Of a DNA stretch of 44,436 nucleotides, positions 26,067-35,800 are shown in pieces. A program made the translations under genes and the position numbers. The stretch is taken from NCBI GenBank assembly GCA_905235485.1, contig CAJOLY010000011.1, positions 1-44,436 of the forward strand, in the 5' to 3' direction. Under the pieces are notes generated by a model, which had not been told where the DNA came from, did not search any database, and was given only the letters and a program-made list of their open reading frames with translations. Source of the DNA: an uncultured Clostridia bacterium (GTDB lineage: Bacteria > Bacillota > Clostridia > Christensenellales > UBA1242). Within the stretch, counting starts at the first letter, position 1, and each line of letters starts with the position of its first letter.

Positions 26067-26752
26067 ATGAATAACAATGAACTATTGCAAACTCTAAATA
26101 GTTTGAAAGACAATAAATACAAAACTTTACTAGCAAACTTATACCGAATATCAATTCAAACGCTATTATAGGAGTAAGAACTCCCGATTTAAGAGCAATT
26201 GCTAAAGAAGTATTTGTAAGTGAATACAAGGAAGAATTTTTGGCGGAATTACCACATAAGTATTTTGAAGAAAACCTTCTTCATATGTTTGTAATTAGCT
26301 TGATTAAAGATTTTGACGAGTGCATTCAATATCTGGATAAATTTCTTTCATTTGTTGATTGTTGGCCAGTTACCGACCAAAGTACGCCCAAATCATTTAA
26401 AAGACATCATAACAAATTGTTGCCAAAAATTAAAGAATGGATTAAATCAGAGCACATATATACAGCTAGATTCGGAATTAGAATGTTAATGAATGAATTT
26501 TTAGATTATGATTTCAATGAAGAATATTTGGAAATGGTTGCCAATAAAAAAGGTGATGATTATTATTTAAAAATGATGATTTCTTGGTATTTTGCCACAG
26601 CACTTGCAAAGCAATTTGATAGTGCTATTATTTATTTAGAAAATAAGAAATTAGATCAATGGACGCATAACAAAACAATTCAAAAAGCAATAGAAAGTTT
26701 TAGAATAACCAAAGAACAAAAAATTTATTTGATATCATTAAAATGCATTTAA
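26067..26752 (+). pseudogene. DNA alkylation repair protein (AlkD-like HEAT-repeat family), frameshifted near codon 20
   Basis: ATG 26067 (GGAG 8 nt upstream) gives 'MNNNELLQTLNSLKDNKYK'. The family sequence 'NFTSKLIPNINSNAIIGVRTPDLRAIAKE...WTHNKTIQKAIESFRITKEQKIYL' continues in the +1 frame. The break falls in the A-rich tract near 26120. Confidence 0.7.
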
Positions 26753-26920
26753 TTTTTGAACGTAGTCACACCGCTCCACCAAAAGAGATTGTATTCTAAC
26801 TGGTATATGATCTTTTTTATAACTTTAAAAAAATTTGATTATTTGAGATAATGCAAAATAAAAAAAGAACTTTACTAAAACGAAAGTAAAATCCTTTTTT
26901 TAATTTGTGTAATATTTATA

Positions 26921-27634
26921 TTATTCTTGTTTTGGTTCTTCGTTATCTTTTTTTGCATTGAGAACTTTGAACAAAACAGCTGCAAGAACTGCACCAAGAA
27001 GTGGAGCTACTATAAATACCCAAACTTGAGAAAGAGCTGTTAAGCTTCCTTCATAAATAAGAGAAGCTAAAGCTGTTGCTATTGATCTTGCTGGATTTAC
27101 AGAAGTTCCTGTAATATTTATGCCAAGAAGATGAACAAGTGTCAATGTTAAACCAATAATGATACCTGCTTTTTTGCCTGCGCCATTATTTTTTGAGTCT
27201 GTAACATTCAAAATGACATAAGTGAAAATAGCAGTCAAGATTACTTCTGCAAAAATAGCAGAAATATAACCACTAACATCAGTAGCAGGAACTGCATTGC
27301 ATGCATTACCAAGCAATGTTATTCCGCCAAGTTTTGCAATACCGAATATAACAACGCCACCAACAAATCCACCAACAACTTGAGCACAAACATAAACAAA
27401 AAATTCTTTAAGTGTTATACGTTTTTGAAGCAAACATGCAAGTGAAACTGCTGGGTTGATATGGCAACCAGAAACTCTTCCAATTGAGTATGCCATTGCA
27501 ACAATAACAAGGCCAAATGTCAATGAAGTTGCAACAAGTGATCCACCAGTGAATGCAGCAACGCCACAAGCGGCAAATACAAGAACAAAAGTTCCAATAC
27601 ATTCTGCAAGACCTTTTTTAAATAATTCTTTCAT
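26921..27634 (-). CDS. MIP-family channel (aquaporin-like)
   Basis: Two NPA boxes, 'HINPAVS' and 'SVNPARS', six TM helices, 237 aa. Confidence 0.9.
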   Translation of the reverse strand: MKELFKKGLAECIGTFVLVFAACGVAAFTGGSLVATSLTFGLVIVAMAYSIGRVSGCHINPAVSLACLLQKRITLKEFFVYVCAQVVGGFVGGVVIFGIAKLGGITLLGNACNAVPATDVSGYISAIFAEVILTAIFTYVILNVTDSKNNGAGKKAGIIIGLTLTLVHLLGINITGTSVNPARSIATALASLIYEGSLTALSQVWVFIVAPLLGAVLAAVLFKVLNAKKDNEEPKQE

Positions 27635-27780
27635 TTTTTCCCTCCGTATTTTTTTAACAATTTTTGAATATAAAAATCAAATTGTCATTATTTTTATTAT
27701 AGTAAAAAATACATTTTTTGTAAAGCAAATATAAATAATATCATTAATAATTAAGATGAGTGATTTTATTTTTTACTAAC

Positions 27781-27823
27781 AAAAAACACATTAAGCAATT
27801 ACTTTTCCCTAATGTGTTTTTTT
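27781..27823. terminator. bidirectional terminator hairpin
   Basis: 11-bp stem aaaacacatta/taatgtgtttt flanked by an A-run and a T-run, directly downstream of the 610-aa gene. Confidence 0.5.
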
Positions 27824-27908
27824 AAATCATAGCCCACTTTGAGCAAATATACTCAAATTAATTATCTTTTTATTTCTTTAATAAGCAACCATAAATAGTG
27901 TAACATTT

Positions 27909-29741
27909 CTACACATATCTAACATTGATTGTTCCACTCTGTGCATAGGTAAGTCCGTCTGGGGTTTCCACGTTAAAAGTGCCACCAGCAGATGTCTGGT
28001 CAATAATTATAGTGACAGTAGGAGAATTGCCTCCCTGTGAACTAAATACTTGTTGACCATTACCACCAACAAAAGATACATTACCTTCAATAATCAAATG
28101 TATGTTGAGAGTATTCATTGCTACAATTCGGAAAAGACTGCACCAAGCACCTGCTTCAATGGTTATATCTTTCAGTTTAATATAAATATCGGCAGTTCCA
28201 ATATTCTGGTTGGTTTGATAAACATTGATGATATTATCACATCCGTAAATTTCTTGATTTTGAATCAAATAAGGATTATCAGCGGAACTGACAAACTCAG
28301 TAGGATTAGATAAACCACTTTCCCGCCTTGCATAACCATTCGCACTAATATAGATTTGGCCTTCATTTAAAGATATTTCTAGATCTTCGCTTTCCTCTTC
28401 ACCTTCGCCCTGGAATATATCAGTGTATTCTACACCATCAAAAATAACTGTTGCAACATATTGAAGCACTTGAGCACTACTGCTATCTATTGAAACTTCT
28501 GCGGTTAGCACCATTTGGTGACTTGAGTCATTCAAGCAAGTGAAAGTTGCCGTTGCTGATGGCATATCATTTCCATTTTGTGTCCATTCAAACATCGGCT
28601 CTCCATAATCGTGACCTATTGGTTCCAATTCTACAATTTGTTCATCACTAAATATCGCGTCTGCTTGTTCAACATAAATGCTTGCAGTATAAACGATGTT
28701 TCCTGCTTCTTCACAAGTTGCTGGTGTTTCATATTCTTGAACAAATGCTTCATAAGTCAAAGGTTCTCCACCATAAATATCTGAAAATGTAATGCTTGCC
28801 ATACTATAATCTTGATTCCAATTCCAAATACCATTTTCAAAGTCATATTCTGGTTCAGGAAAAATTGTTAATTGTTCAAAACAACAAACTTTTCCATCAA
28901 TAGATAGCGTAAACGTTATTGTATCTGGCTTTTCAATGTCAAAACTATATTCTTTTTCTTGTTTAACATCACTATTTCTAAACAAAATCTTTCCTGAACT
29001 GTCTGTTGCAGTGAATGTATAAAACTCATTTGATTTTGATTTTCTACAACTTACAAAAGCATAGATAGTATTTTCTTCGTTTGAAACTTCAACAAAACCT
29101 CTTTGAATATCTTCTGTTGCTGTGAAATATGATTTTTCTACAAAAATCTTTTCATCATTTTTAATTGTGATTGTATATTCTTTTCCAGGTTCTAAATCCT
29201 CAAAAGTTATATATACGCTGTCTTGGAATATTTCTTGTGATTGTGAGTATCCATCGCCTTCCAAAACAGCATAGTATGTTTTATTTTCAAAATCTTCTTG
29301 TTGAGCACCAATCATTTCTAGTTGGAACACTAAACTATTTGTTCCCGCCATTACAAGTGCAATGTTTATTGTAAGCATACTAACAAATGCCACGGCAACT
29401 ATAACTGCAGTTGCAACAGAAGAAACAACTCCGCCAATAACAGAACCCAAGCTGCTACTTATTGTAGAAGCAGTAGATGATGCTGTTGAAGCGGTTGTTG
29501 AAGTTGCAGAAGTTGAATTTAGTGAACTGTTGGCATCATTTGATGTTTTTTGATTTTTTGTTTCAACTTTTTTATCTAAATCAAATGTTTCATTCTCGTT
29601 AAAATTTTCGTCTTGAACTGAAAGTGAGTTTTCTTCAATATAATGTGGATTTTCGTTGCTATACTTTATTTTTCCGTCATTACTGCTTTTGATTATACCA
29701 TCTGCGTTAGTGATTTTATAATCATTTAATTCACTTCTCAT
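27909..29741 (-). CDS. membrane-anchored surface protein: N-terminal tail, Ser/Thr/Ala-rich tract, single TM, about 480-aa ectodomain
   Basis: 'SSLNSTSATSTTASTASSTASTISSSLGS' is followed by the hydrophobic 'VIGGVVSSVATAVIVAVAFVSMLTINIALVMAG'. No family recognised. Confidence 0.6.
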   Translation of the reverse strand: MRSELNDYKITNADGIIKSSNDGKIKYSNENPHYIEENSLSVQDENFNENETFDLDKKVETKNQKTSNDANSSLNSTSATSTTASTASSTASTISSSLGSVIGGVVSSVATAVIVAVAFVSMLTINIALVMAGTNSLVFQLEMIGAQQEDFENKTYYAVLEGDGYSQSQEIFQDSVYITFEDLEPGKEYTITIKNDEKIFVEKSYFTATEDIQRGFVEVSNEENTIYAFVSCRKSKSNEFYTFTATDSSGKILFRNSDVKQEKEYSFDIEKPDTITFTLSIDGKVCCFEQLTIFPEPEYDFENGIWNWNQDYSMASITFSDIYGGEPLTYEAFVQEYETPATCEEAGNIVYTASIYVEQADAIFSDEQIVELEPIGHDYGEPMFEWTQNGNDMPSATATFTCLNDSSHQMVLTAEVSIDSSSAQVLQYVATVIFDGVEYTDIFQGEGEEESEDLEISLNEGQIYISANGYARRESGLSNPTEFVSSADNPYLIQNQEIYGCDNIINVYQTNQNIGTADIYIKLKDITIEAGAWCSLFRIVAMNTLNIHLIIEGNVSFVGGNGQQVFSSQGGNSPTVTIIIDQTSAGGTFNVETPDGLTYAQSGTINVRYV

Positions 29742-29771
29742 ACTTATATCCTCATAAATAAATTATTGAAG

Positions 29772-30803
29772 TTAAACATTGTTTATATCCGCATCTGCAA
29801 TTCCTTTGCTAAGTTGTTTTTGTTCCTTAACAAATTCTGTAGCTGATGTCTTTTGTTTTTTTGTTGCATCTTCAAATTTTGTTGGTTGATTCAACACAAT
29901 TTGTGGGAATGGGATATTAATATTATTTTTATCAAAAAGCAATTTGAATTGTCTGTTCATATCTCTTTCAACTTGATATCTACATCCTTCATCACAATTT
30001 GCTGCAAATCTAATAACAACTGCTGAATCGCCAAGTTCTGCAACACCTTTATAAAAAGGTCCTTCCTTTATGTCAGGAATTGCTTCTTTTATTGCTTGTA
30101 AATTATCTTTTAATATAGCTTCAACCCTTTCAAGTGATTCGCCATATTCAATGCCAATATCGCAAACTGCAAGTGAAAGTTGATTTGTCATATTAACTAT
30201 ATTTTTAAGGTCTGCATTATTTATAATTTTAATATTTCCACCCGTATCAACAAGTTTTGTTGTACGAACACCAATTTCTTTTACTGTTCCACGGAATCCA
30301 TCTACAACAATAATGTCACCAATATCAAAGAGTTTTTCAAATATGATGAAAAATCCTGCAATTATGTCTGCAATCAGTGGCTGTGCACCAAGACCTACAA
30401 CCAATCCTAAAATTCCAATTCCTGCAAGGATTGTTGTTGTGTCCACACCCAGAGTTTTGAGAATGAAGAACACAAGCGCAATAATTGCTGCATATTTGAT
30501 AAGACTGCATACCAAATCAATTATTGCCTTGCCATGACTTACAAATTTTGCCACCTGTTTCAAAATTAATCGAGTTAACGAACTTACGCCCAAACAGAAA
30601 ATAGCGTAACTGAGTATTCTAAGAATAGCATTAAATTCTCCCGCAGTGCCAAAAAAGTTGATACTACGCCAGAATACACTAATTGGACTAAAAATAAATT
30701 TGCCAAAAATCATAAATATTGCATATGTAGCCAAAAGGACATACCCCGCAATTTTTACACATAGTCCTGTTGTTATTTTAATTTTTTTTGATTCTTTTTC
30801 CAT
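29772..30803 (-). CDS. MscS-family mechanosensitive channel
   Basis: TM3/beta-domain block 'LIADIIAGFFIIFEKLFDIGDIIVVDGFRGTVKEIGVRTTKLVDTGGNIKIINNADL'. Confidence 0.85.
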   Translation of the reverse strand: MEKESKKIKITTGLCVKIAGYVLLATYAIFMIFGKFIFSPISVFWRSINFFGTAGEFNAILRILSYAIFCLGVSSLTRLILKQVAKFVSHGKAIIDLVCSLIKYAAIIALVFFILKTLGVDTTTILAGIGILGLVVGLGAQPLIADIIAGFFIIFEKLFDIGDIIVVDGFRGTVKEIGVRTTKLVDTGGNIKIINNADLKNIVNMTNQLSLAVCDIGIEYGESLERVEAILKDNLQAIKEAIPDIKEGPFYKGVAELGDSAVVIRFAANCDEGCRYQVERDMNRQFKLLFDKNNINIPFPQIVLNQPTKFEDATKKQKTSATEFVKEQKQLSKGIADADINNV

Positions 30804-31067
30804 TTTTTTCTCCTATGTAATTTTATGTTAATCATCGTTTATTCATTTTATTAAATCTAATTTTATTTATAAAATTCCAATAGATGTAAAGAATAGTTTT
30901 ACGAATTTATAAAAATGCATATCGATTATTTTAACACATTACTACTATTATATTTATTATTGAAAGTTAAGTCAAGCAACCATACAACAATATAATCTTC
31001 AAATTAAAAAAAATAAAAAAGTAATTTTCATTTAAGGGTGGGTATTAAAAAATAAACTCGTAGGAGT

Positions 31068-32231
31068 TTATTTTTTGTTTGATCTATTTTCATAATATTC
31101 GTTAAAATTATGTTTTATTCCATCAAAATCTTTGTAGGCAACAATTTTGGCAAGGTTTACATTCTCTGTGCTTTTGAAAATACTTGACTCAATCTGCGGA
31201 TCCTCTTTTGAAAGTTTTGCAATAAGCTCTTTAACCTTTTTTCTTTTTGAACCTGTGTTAGAATCTGCAAGGCAAGCGTCACTTGTGCAAGTGTCGGTGA
31301 ATTTGCAAGCACATTGAATAAAGTGCAAATTATTGTAGTCTCTCCAATGTTTGATGTCTTTTTCTCTTATCAAATACATTGGCCTTATGAGCGAAATATT
31401 TTCAAAATTATCACTATGTAATTTTGGCATCATTGTTTCTATTTGGCCACCATATAGCATACTCATAAGGGTGGTTTCAATTACATCGTCAAAGTGATGG
31501 CCAAGTGCAATTTTGTTGCAACCAAGCTCTTTTGCTTTGCTGTATAGATATCCTCTACGCATACGTGCACAAACATAGCATGGATATTTTGGTATGGTGT
31601 AAACGCTTTCAAAAATATTTGTTTCAAAAATAGTTATCGGAATGTCTAACATTTTTGCATTGTTTTCTATTATCTCCCTATTTGCTTTGCTATAGCCTGG
31701 ATCCATTACAAGATATATAACTTCAAAAGGAATTTTGTTGTGCTTTTTTAGTTCTTGAAAGAGTTTTGCCATGAGCATTGAGTCCTTTCCACCAGAAATG
31801 CAAACAGCAATTTTATCATTGGGTTGAATCAAATCATAGACATTGATTGCTTTGCAAAATTTTGTAAAAATTGTGTCGTGAAATTTTTTTTGAAGACTTT
31901 TTTCAACATCTCGAGCTTTTTGAATGTTTTGAGTGTTGGCAATATTTTGATTTAGCCATTCAAGATATCCACCTTTTAAGTTATATGCCAAAAAGCCGTC
32001 ATCCTGCAGTTTTTCGGCCACAGGCAAGCTGAGAGTACCATTCAAACAGCAAATATACAATTCTTTTTTTGCAAGTTCAGGATGCTCATATATCTTTTCA
32101 AGTGACAAGTTTTTTGAGCCAGGAATATTCCCATATTCAAAACTTATGGCATCTCTGATGTCAATGATTTCATATGTGTCCCTATTTTTGTGGGCTAGTT
32201 GATCAAAAGTAATTTCTATATTCATACTCAA
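31068..32231 (-). CDS. ttcA: rhodanese domain fused to a TtcA-family PP-loop tRNA thiolation enzyme
   Basis: N-terminal rhodanese with active-site loop 'CCLNGTLS'. PP-loop 'CISGGKDS', 'CYVCARMRRG', 'GHHFDDVIET' and a C-terminal Cys cluster 'CACKFTDTCTSDAC'. Confidence 0.75.
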   Translation of the reverse strand: MSMNIEITFDQLAHKNRDTYEIIDIRDAISFEYGNIPGSKNLSLEKIYEHPELAKKELYICCLNGTLSLPVAEKLQDDGFLAYNLKGGYLEWLNQNIANTQNIQKARDVEKSLQKKFHDTIFTKFCKAINVYDLIQPNDKIAVCISGGKDSMLMAKLFQELKKHNKIPFEVIYLVMDPGYSKANREIIENNAKMLDIPITIFETNIFESVYTIPKYPCYVCARMRRGYLYSKAKELGCNKIALGHHFDDVIETTLMSMLYGGQIETMMPKLHSDNFENISLIRPMYLIREKDIKHWRDYNNLHFIQCACKFTDTCTSDACLADSNTGSKRKKVKELIAKLSKEDPQIESSIFKSTENVNLAKIVAYKDFDGIKHNFNEYYENRSNKK

Positions 32232-32363
32232 ATTATATCACAACAGATTTGGTTTGAAAAGTATAAATCCAAACTAGAATAGTTCAAAATATTATTTTTT
32301 TATATTGGGTTTTTTGCTGATAATAAACATTAAAAAACAACAAAAATTTTTGGAGCTATTTTT

Positions 32364-32420
32364 ATGATTTATCCAATTGGGTTCAGTTTTGCAACAACTC
32401 TCAATTTGTCAATGTGGTAA
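32364..32420 (+). CDS. possible 18-aa hydrophobic micro-ORF (MIYPIGFSFATTLNLSMW)
   Basis: GGAG lies 8 nt upstream of the ATG. A short hairpin and the 32451-32484 terminator follow. There is no other support. Confidence 0.2.
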   Translation: MIYPIGFSFATTLNLSMW

Positions 32421-32450
32421 ATTGATTTAAATCAAACATAATGTGCAATT

Positions 32451-32484
32451 AAAAATCACGAGCTGATACTCGTGATTTTTTTTT
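32451..32484. terminator. bidirectional terminator
   Basis: Stem atcacgag/ctcgtgat (32455-32476) with an A-run on one side and T8 on the other. Confidence 0.6.
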
Positions 32485-32638
32485 ATTGTTTTTCATAGTA
32501 ACTGCCTGAATGTTGAGTTGCAGGGAATCTGTCGCCTTTTTCAAGTCTAAGAGATCCGCCATTACGTCCATTTTTGTCATATGCAACATATGTGGTTGAT
32601 TCAGGAACAATTTCACCTGGTTTCCATCTGCTTGCCAT
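32483..32638 (-). CDS. YjzC-like small protein (51 aa); absent from the ORF track
   Basis: My translation is MASRWKPGEIVPESTTYVAYDKNGRNGGSLRLEKGDRFPATQHSGSYYEKQ. It shows the YjzC pattern 'KPGE..P..G.Y......G.......L..GD.FP.T'. GGAGG lies 8 nt upstream. Confidence 0.65.
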   Translation of the reverse strand: MASRWKPGEIVPESTTYVAYDKNGRNGGSLRLEKGDRFPATQHSGSYYEKQ

Positions 32639-32822
32639 ATTACTTACCTCCACGCTTTTATTTTGTGGAAATTGGCTTATTTTTATTCATAATGTTCAGC
32701 AATTTAATTTGCAAAATTTGGTTAGAAATATCTTATTTTTGTAAGAATATTCAAAAAAAATGTAAAAATTTATGCAAAATTTGGCAAAAAACTTAAAAAA
32801 ATGAGCAATTTTTGCTCATTTT

Positions 32823-35800
32823 TTAAAACTTGGGTCTGTTGAAAATAATTGCTTTTCGCTTGTTTGTTTTCTTTTTCTTTTTACGTATAACAATAAATAA
32901 TGTTGTAATCAATCCAACAGTTATCGCACTCGCAGCAATTATTATGATAAGTATATAATTATTTTCAACTTGGATGAATACTGCATAGAATTGTCTATCA
33001 CCAACTGAGCCTTTTCTTATCACAACATCTTTTTGTGGATCATCGCCTGCGTTTTCAATCCAACCATTGAATTGATATCTTTCTTTTTGAGGCTCTGGCA
33101 AAGTGAAGTCATCTGTGTTGATATCATATTCAATAATCTCTGTTTTGGTATCAATTTGCAAAACTATTTTGTAAGTTTCAATTTCAAAATTTGCAACGAG
33201 AATTCCATCGCCAACGATATTTGAAATTGTGGTTGTTAGTTCATTCTCTCTATTTATATAAAATGCATTGTTTTCATTTGTCCAACCAACAAAATTATAA
33301 CCTCTTTCTGCATTTGCTTCAAAATTATATGTGCTTAAATTTCCATATAAAACTTTAACATTATCTAATGAAGTTATTGAACCCATTTGATCATCATTTG
33401 CCTGAGCTGTTATTGAGAAAATTTGCGTAACAATCAAATTAACTGTTACATCACTATTTATACTTATAGTATTACCGTTAATACTTGTAATTTTGTTTGT
33501 GCTAATATTACTGGCATTCAAAACAAGATTATAGCTATATTGATTATCTTCAATTTCAGCATATAAAGAAATTGTTGTACCATAATCAAATGTGAAAGCC
33601 ACTGAGTTGTTATGTTCATTTAATGTGCCTGTTTGATCATTTGCATAAACACTGATTGAAGGTATGTTTGTTGCATTGTAAGTCACCGAAACAATATATT
33701 GATAAGTTTTCAAAATATTTCTATATTGAGCTGTATATGTAACATTACCTGTCACGGCACTTAAATTTGGACTCCAGTTTAAAAACTCATAGTTATATTG
33801 ACTATCACTTGCCCGCGTTGGGGTTTCCCTATCATATGTTGGAAAAACTCCATAATATTCTGTTGTTGTTGACAAACGTGAGTTATCATAGTCATTCCAA
33901 GTAACTTGATATGTGTTTCTTGTGTAATAATATTCAACGATTGTGCTACCATCAGCCTTAATTTGTACTGTTTGAGTGTTTGGCGATGTGAAACCTTCAT
34001 AGTTGTTTACACTAGGTGAAACATAATCATCAGTCGTTCCAGTCAATTCTTGTATATCATTAACAATCAAGGTGTATGATTCGCCATTAGTATCCATATG
34101 ATAGTGATAAACTTTATAGATTGTATTTGTACTAGGCAACCAATTTGCAACAAATTGTTTATCTCCATATGAGCCAACCAAAATCTTAAAGCTTTTCTCT
34201 GGAGTAGATCCATTTGAGCCTGTCCATCCATCAAAATCATAACCAATTTTTGTTGGATTTAACAAGGTGATTTCATCAGTAACGGTGTATTCTGTTGGAT
34301 TTGTGCCGTCGACTTCACCACCATTCAAATCATAAGTGATTGTGTATGTATTTTTTGTAACGATCGCTGAAATTATAACTTCTTCATTTGGCATAACAAA
34401 ACTTGTGTCTGATTCAGTTTCATCATTATTCCATTTTTCCCAAGTATAGCCATCCAAAACGATTGCTTTCAATGTTACAGTCTCACCATAGAATATATTT
34501 CCGCTTTGTGTGCTCTGTGATAAGTCAACACCTTCAACAGCATTTAATGTGAATTGATGCTTGTTTCGTGTGTATTCATATCTTACAATTGTTGTACCAT
34601 TTGGATCAATTGTTGTGGTTTGTGTGCTTGGAGCAGTGAAACCAATATATGTTTTTACATTTGGAGTTATCGTTCCATTTGAAACACCTGTAAGATTATC
34701 AGTGTCAATCAAAGTGAAACTTTCTCCATCCAAATTCATTTGATAATGCTCAACTTTATAAGGAGTGTCCCCTTTTTCTGTCCACTTTGCATAAAGTGTT
34801 ATTGAATTTTGACTAAGTGCCGGCATTTTTATCCATTGAATTTGACTGCCTGTGCCATTGTTATCAATTTCATCATCAAACCAACCTTCAAAGTTATATC
34901 CATTTCTTGAAAGTACTGGAAGTGATATTTCTTCATCAAAGTCTGCAACAAGGTCAGCACAATTTTCTCCGCCATTTGAGTCAAAAACAATCGTATAAGA
35001 ATTTATTTTCCAAACTGCATAAAATGTTATATCTTGTCCATTGAATCTTTCATATAAAGAATTTACATCATCTTTTGACAAGTTTTGTTCATCATCAAAT
35101 TCAATATTCCCATTTTCAGTTGTTGACCAACCGTCAAAGGTATAGCCTTCACGAGTGAATGTATTTGTTGGTATAGCAAAAGATTCATCATATGTGATAG
35201 TTAAGCTATCCATTATTCCTTCACCTTCATTTGCATCAAACAAAATATCAAATGAATTAGTTGAACTATTTGCAGTTATTATTATATCTTCACTTACTGA
35301 TGATGAATAACTTATTTTTGTATTCTTTGCAAAGTTGTTTTCAATTATTAAATTTGTTGAAGAAGTATTCCAACTTGTGAAAGTATAACCTTTATTCTCA
35401 ATAGCAAAAATTTCAACATTGTTCTCACTGTTTATAATCAAATATGATGATGCATCAGCAATTTTTGCTGATAATCCCGTCTGAGCAGTTATGTTAATAT
35501 TAGAAGCATATTGCTCATCACTTGAAGCTTCGTCACTACTTTCACAATTTGAGACATTACTGCTAATTGCTGTGACCTTGAATGTGTAAACACCAGCCCC
35601 AGATGTTTTTATTTCACTTGTAAAATCATATTGATATGGAGTATCTGCAACTTCTTTTGTAGTTCCCAAAATTTCGCCATCTTTGTAAAGTTGAATATTA
35701 TATGATATTTCAATTCCGTTTACTTCATTTGAAGGTATCCAGCTAACAACACCAACATTCCAGCTCAAATTTGCTGGTGTGGATAATTTTGCCTTTTCTA

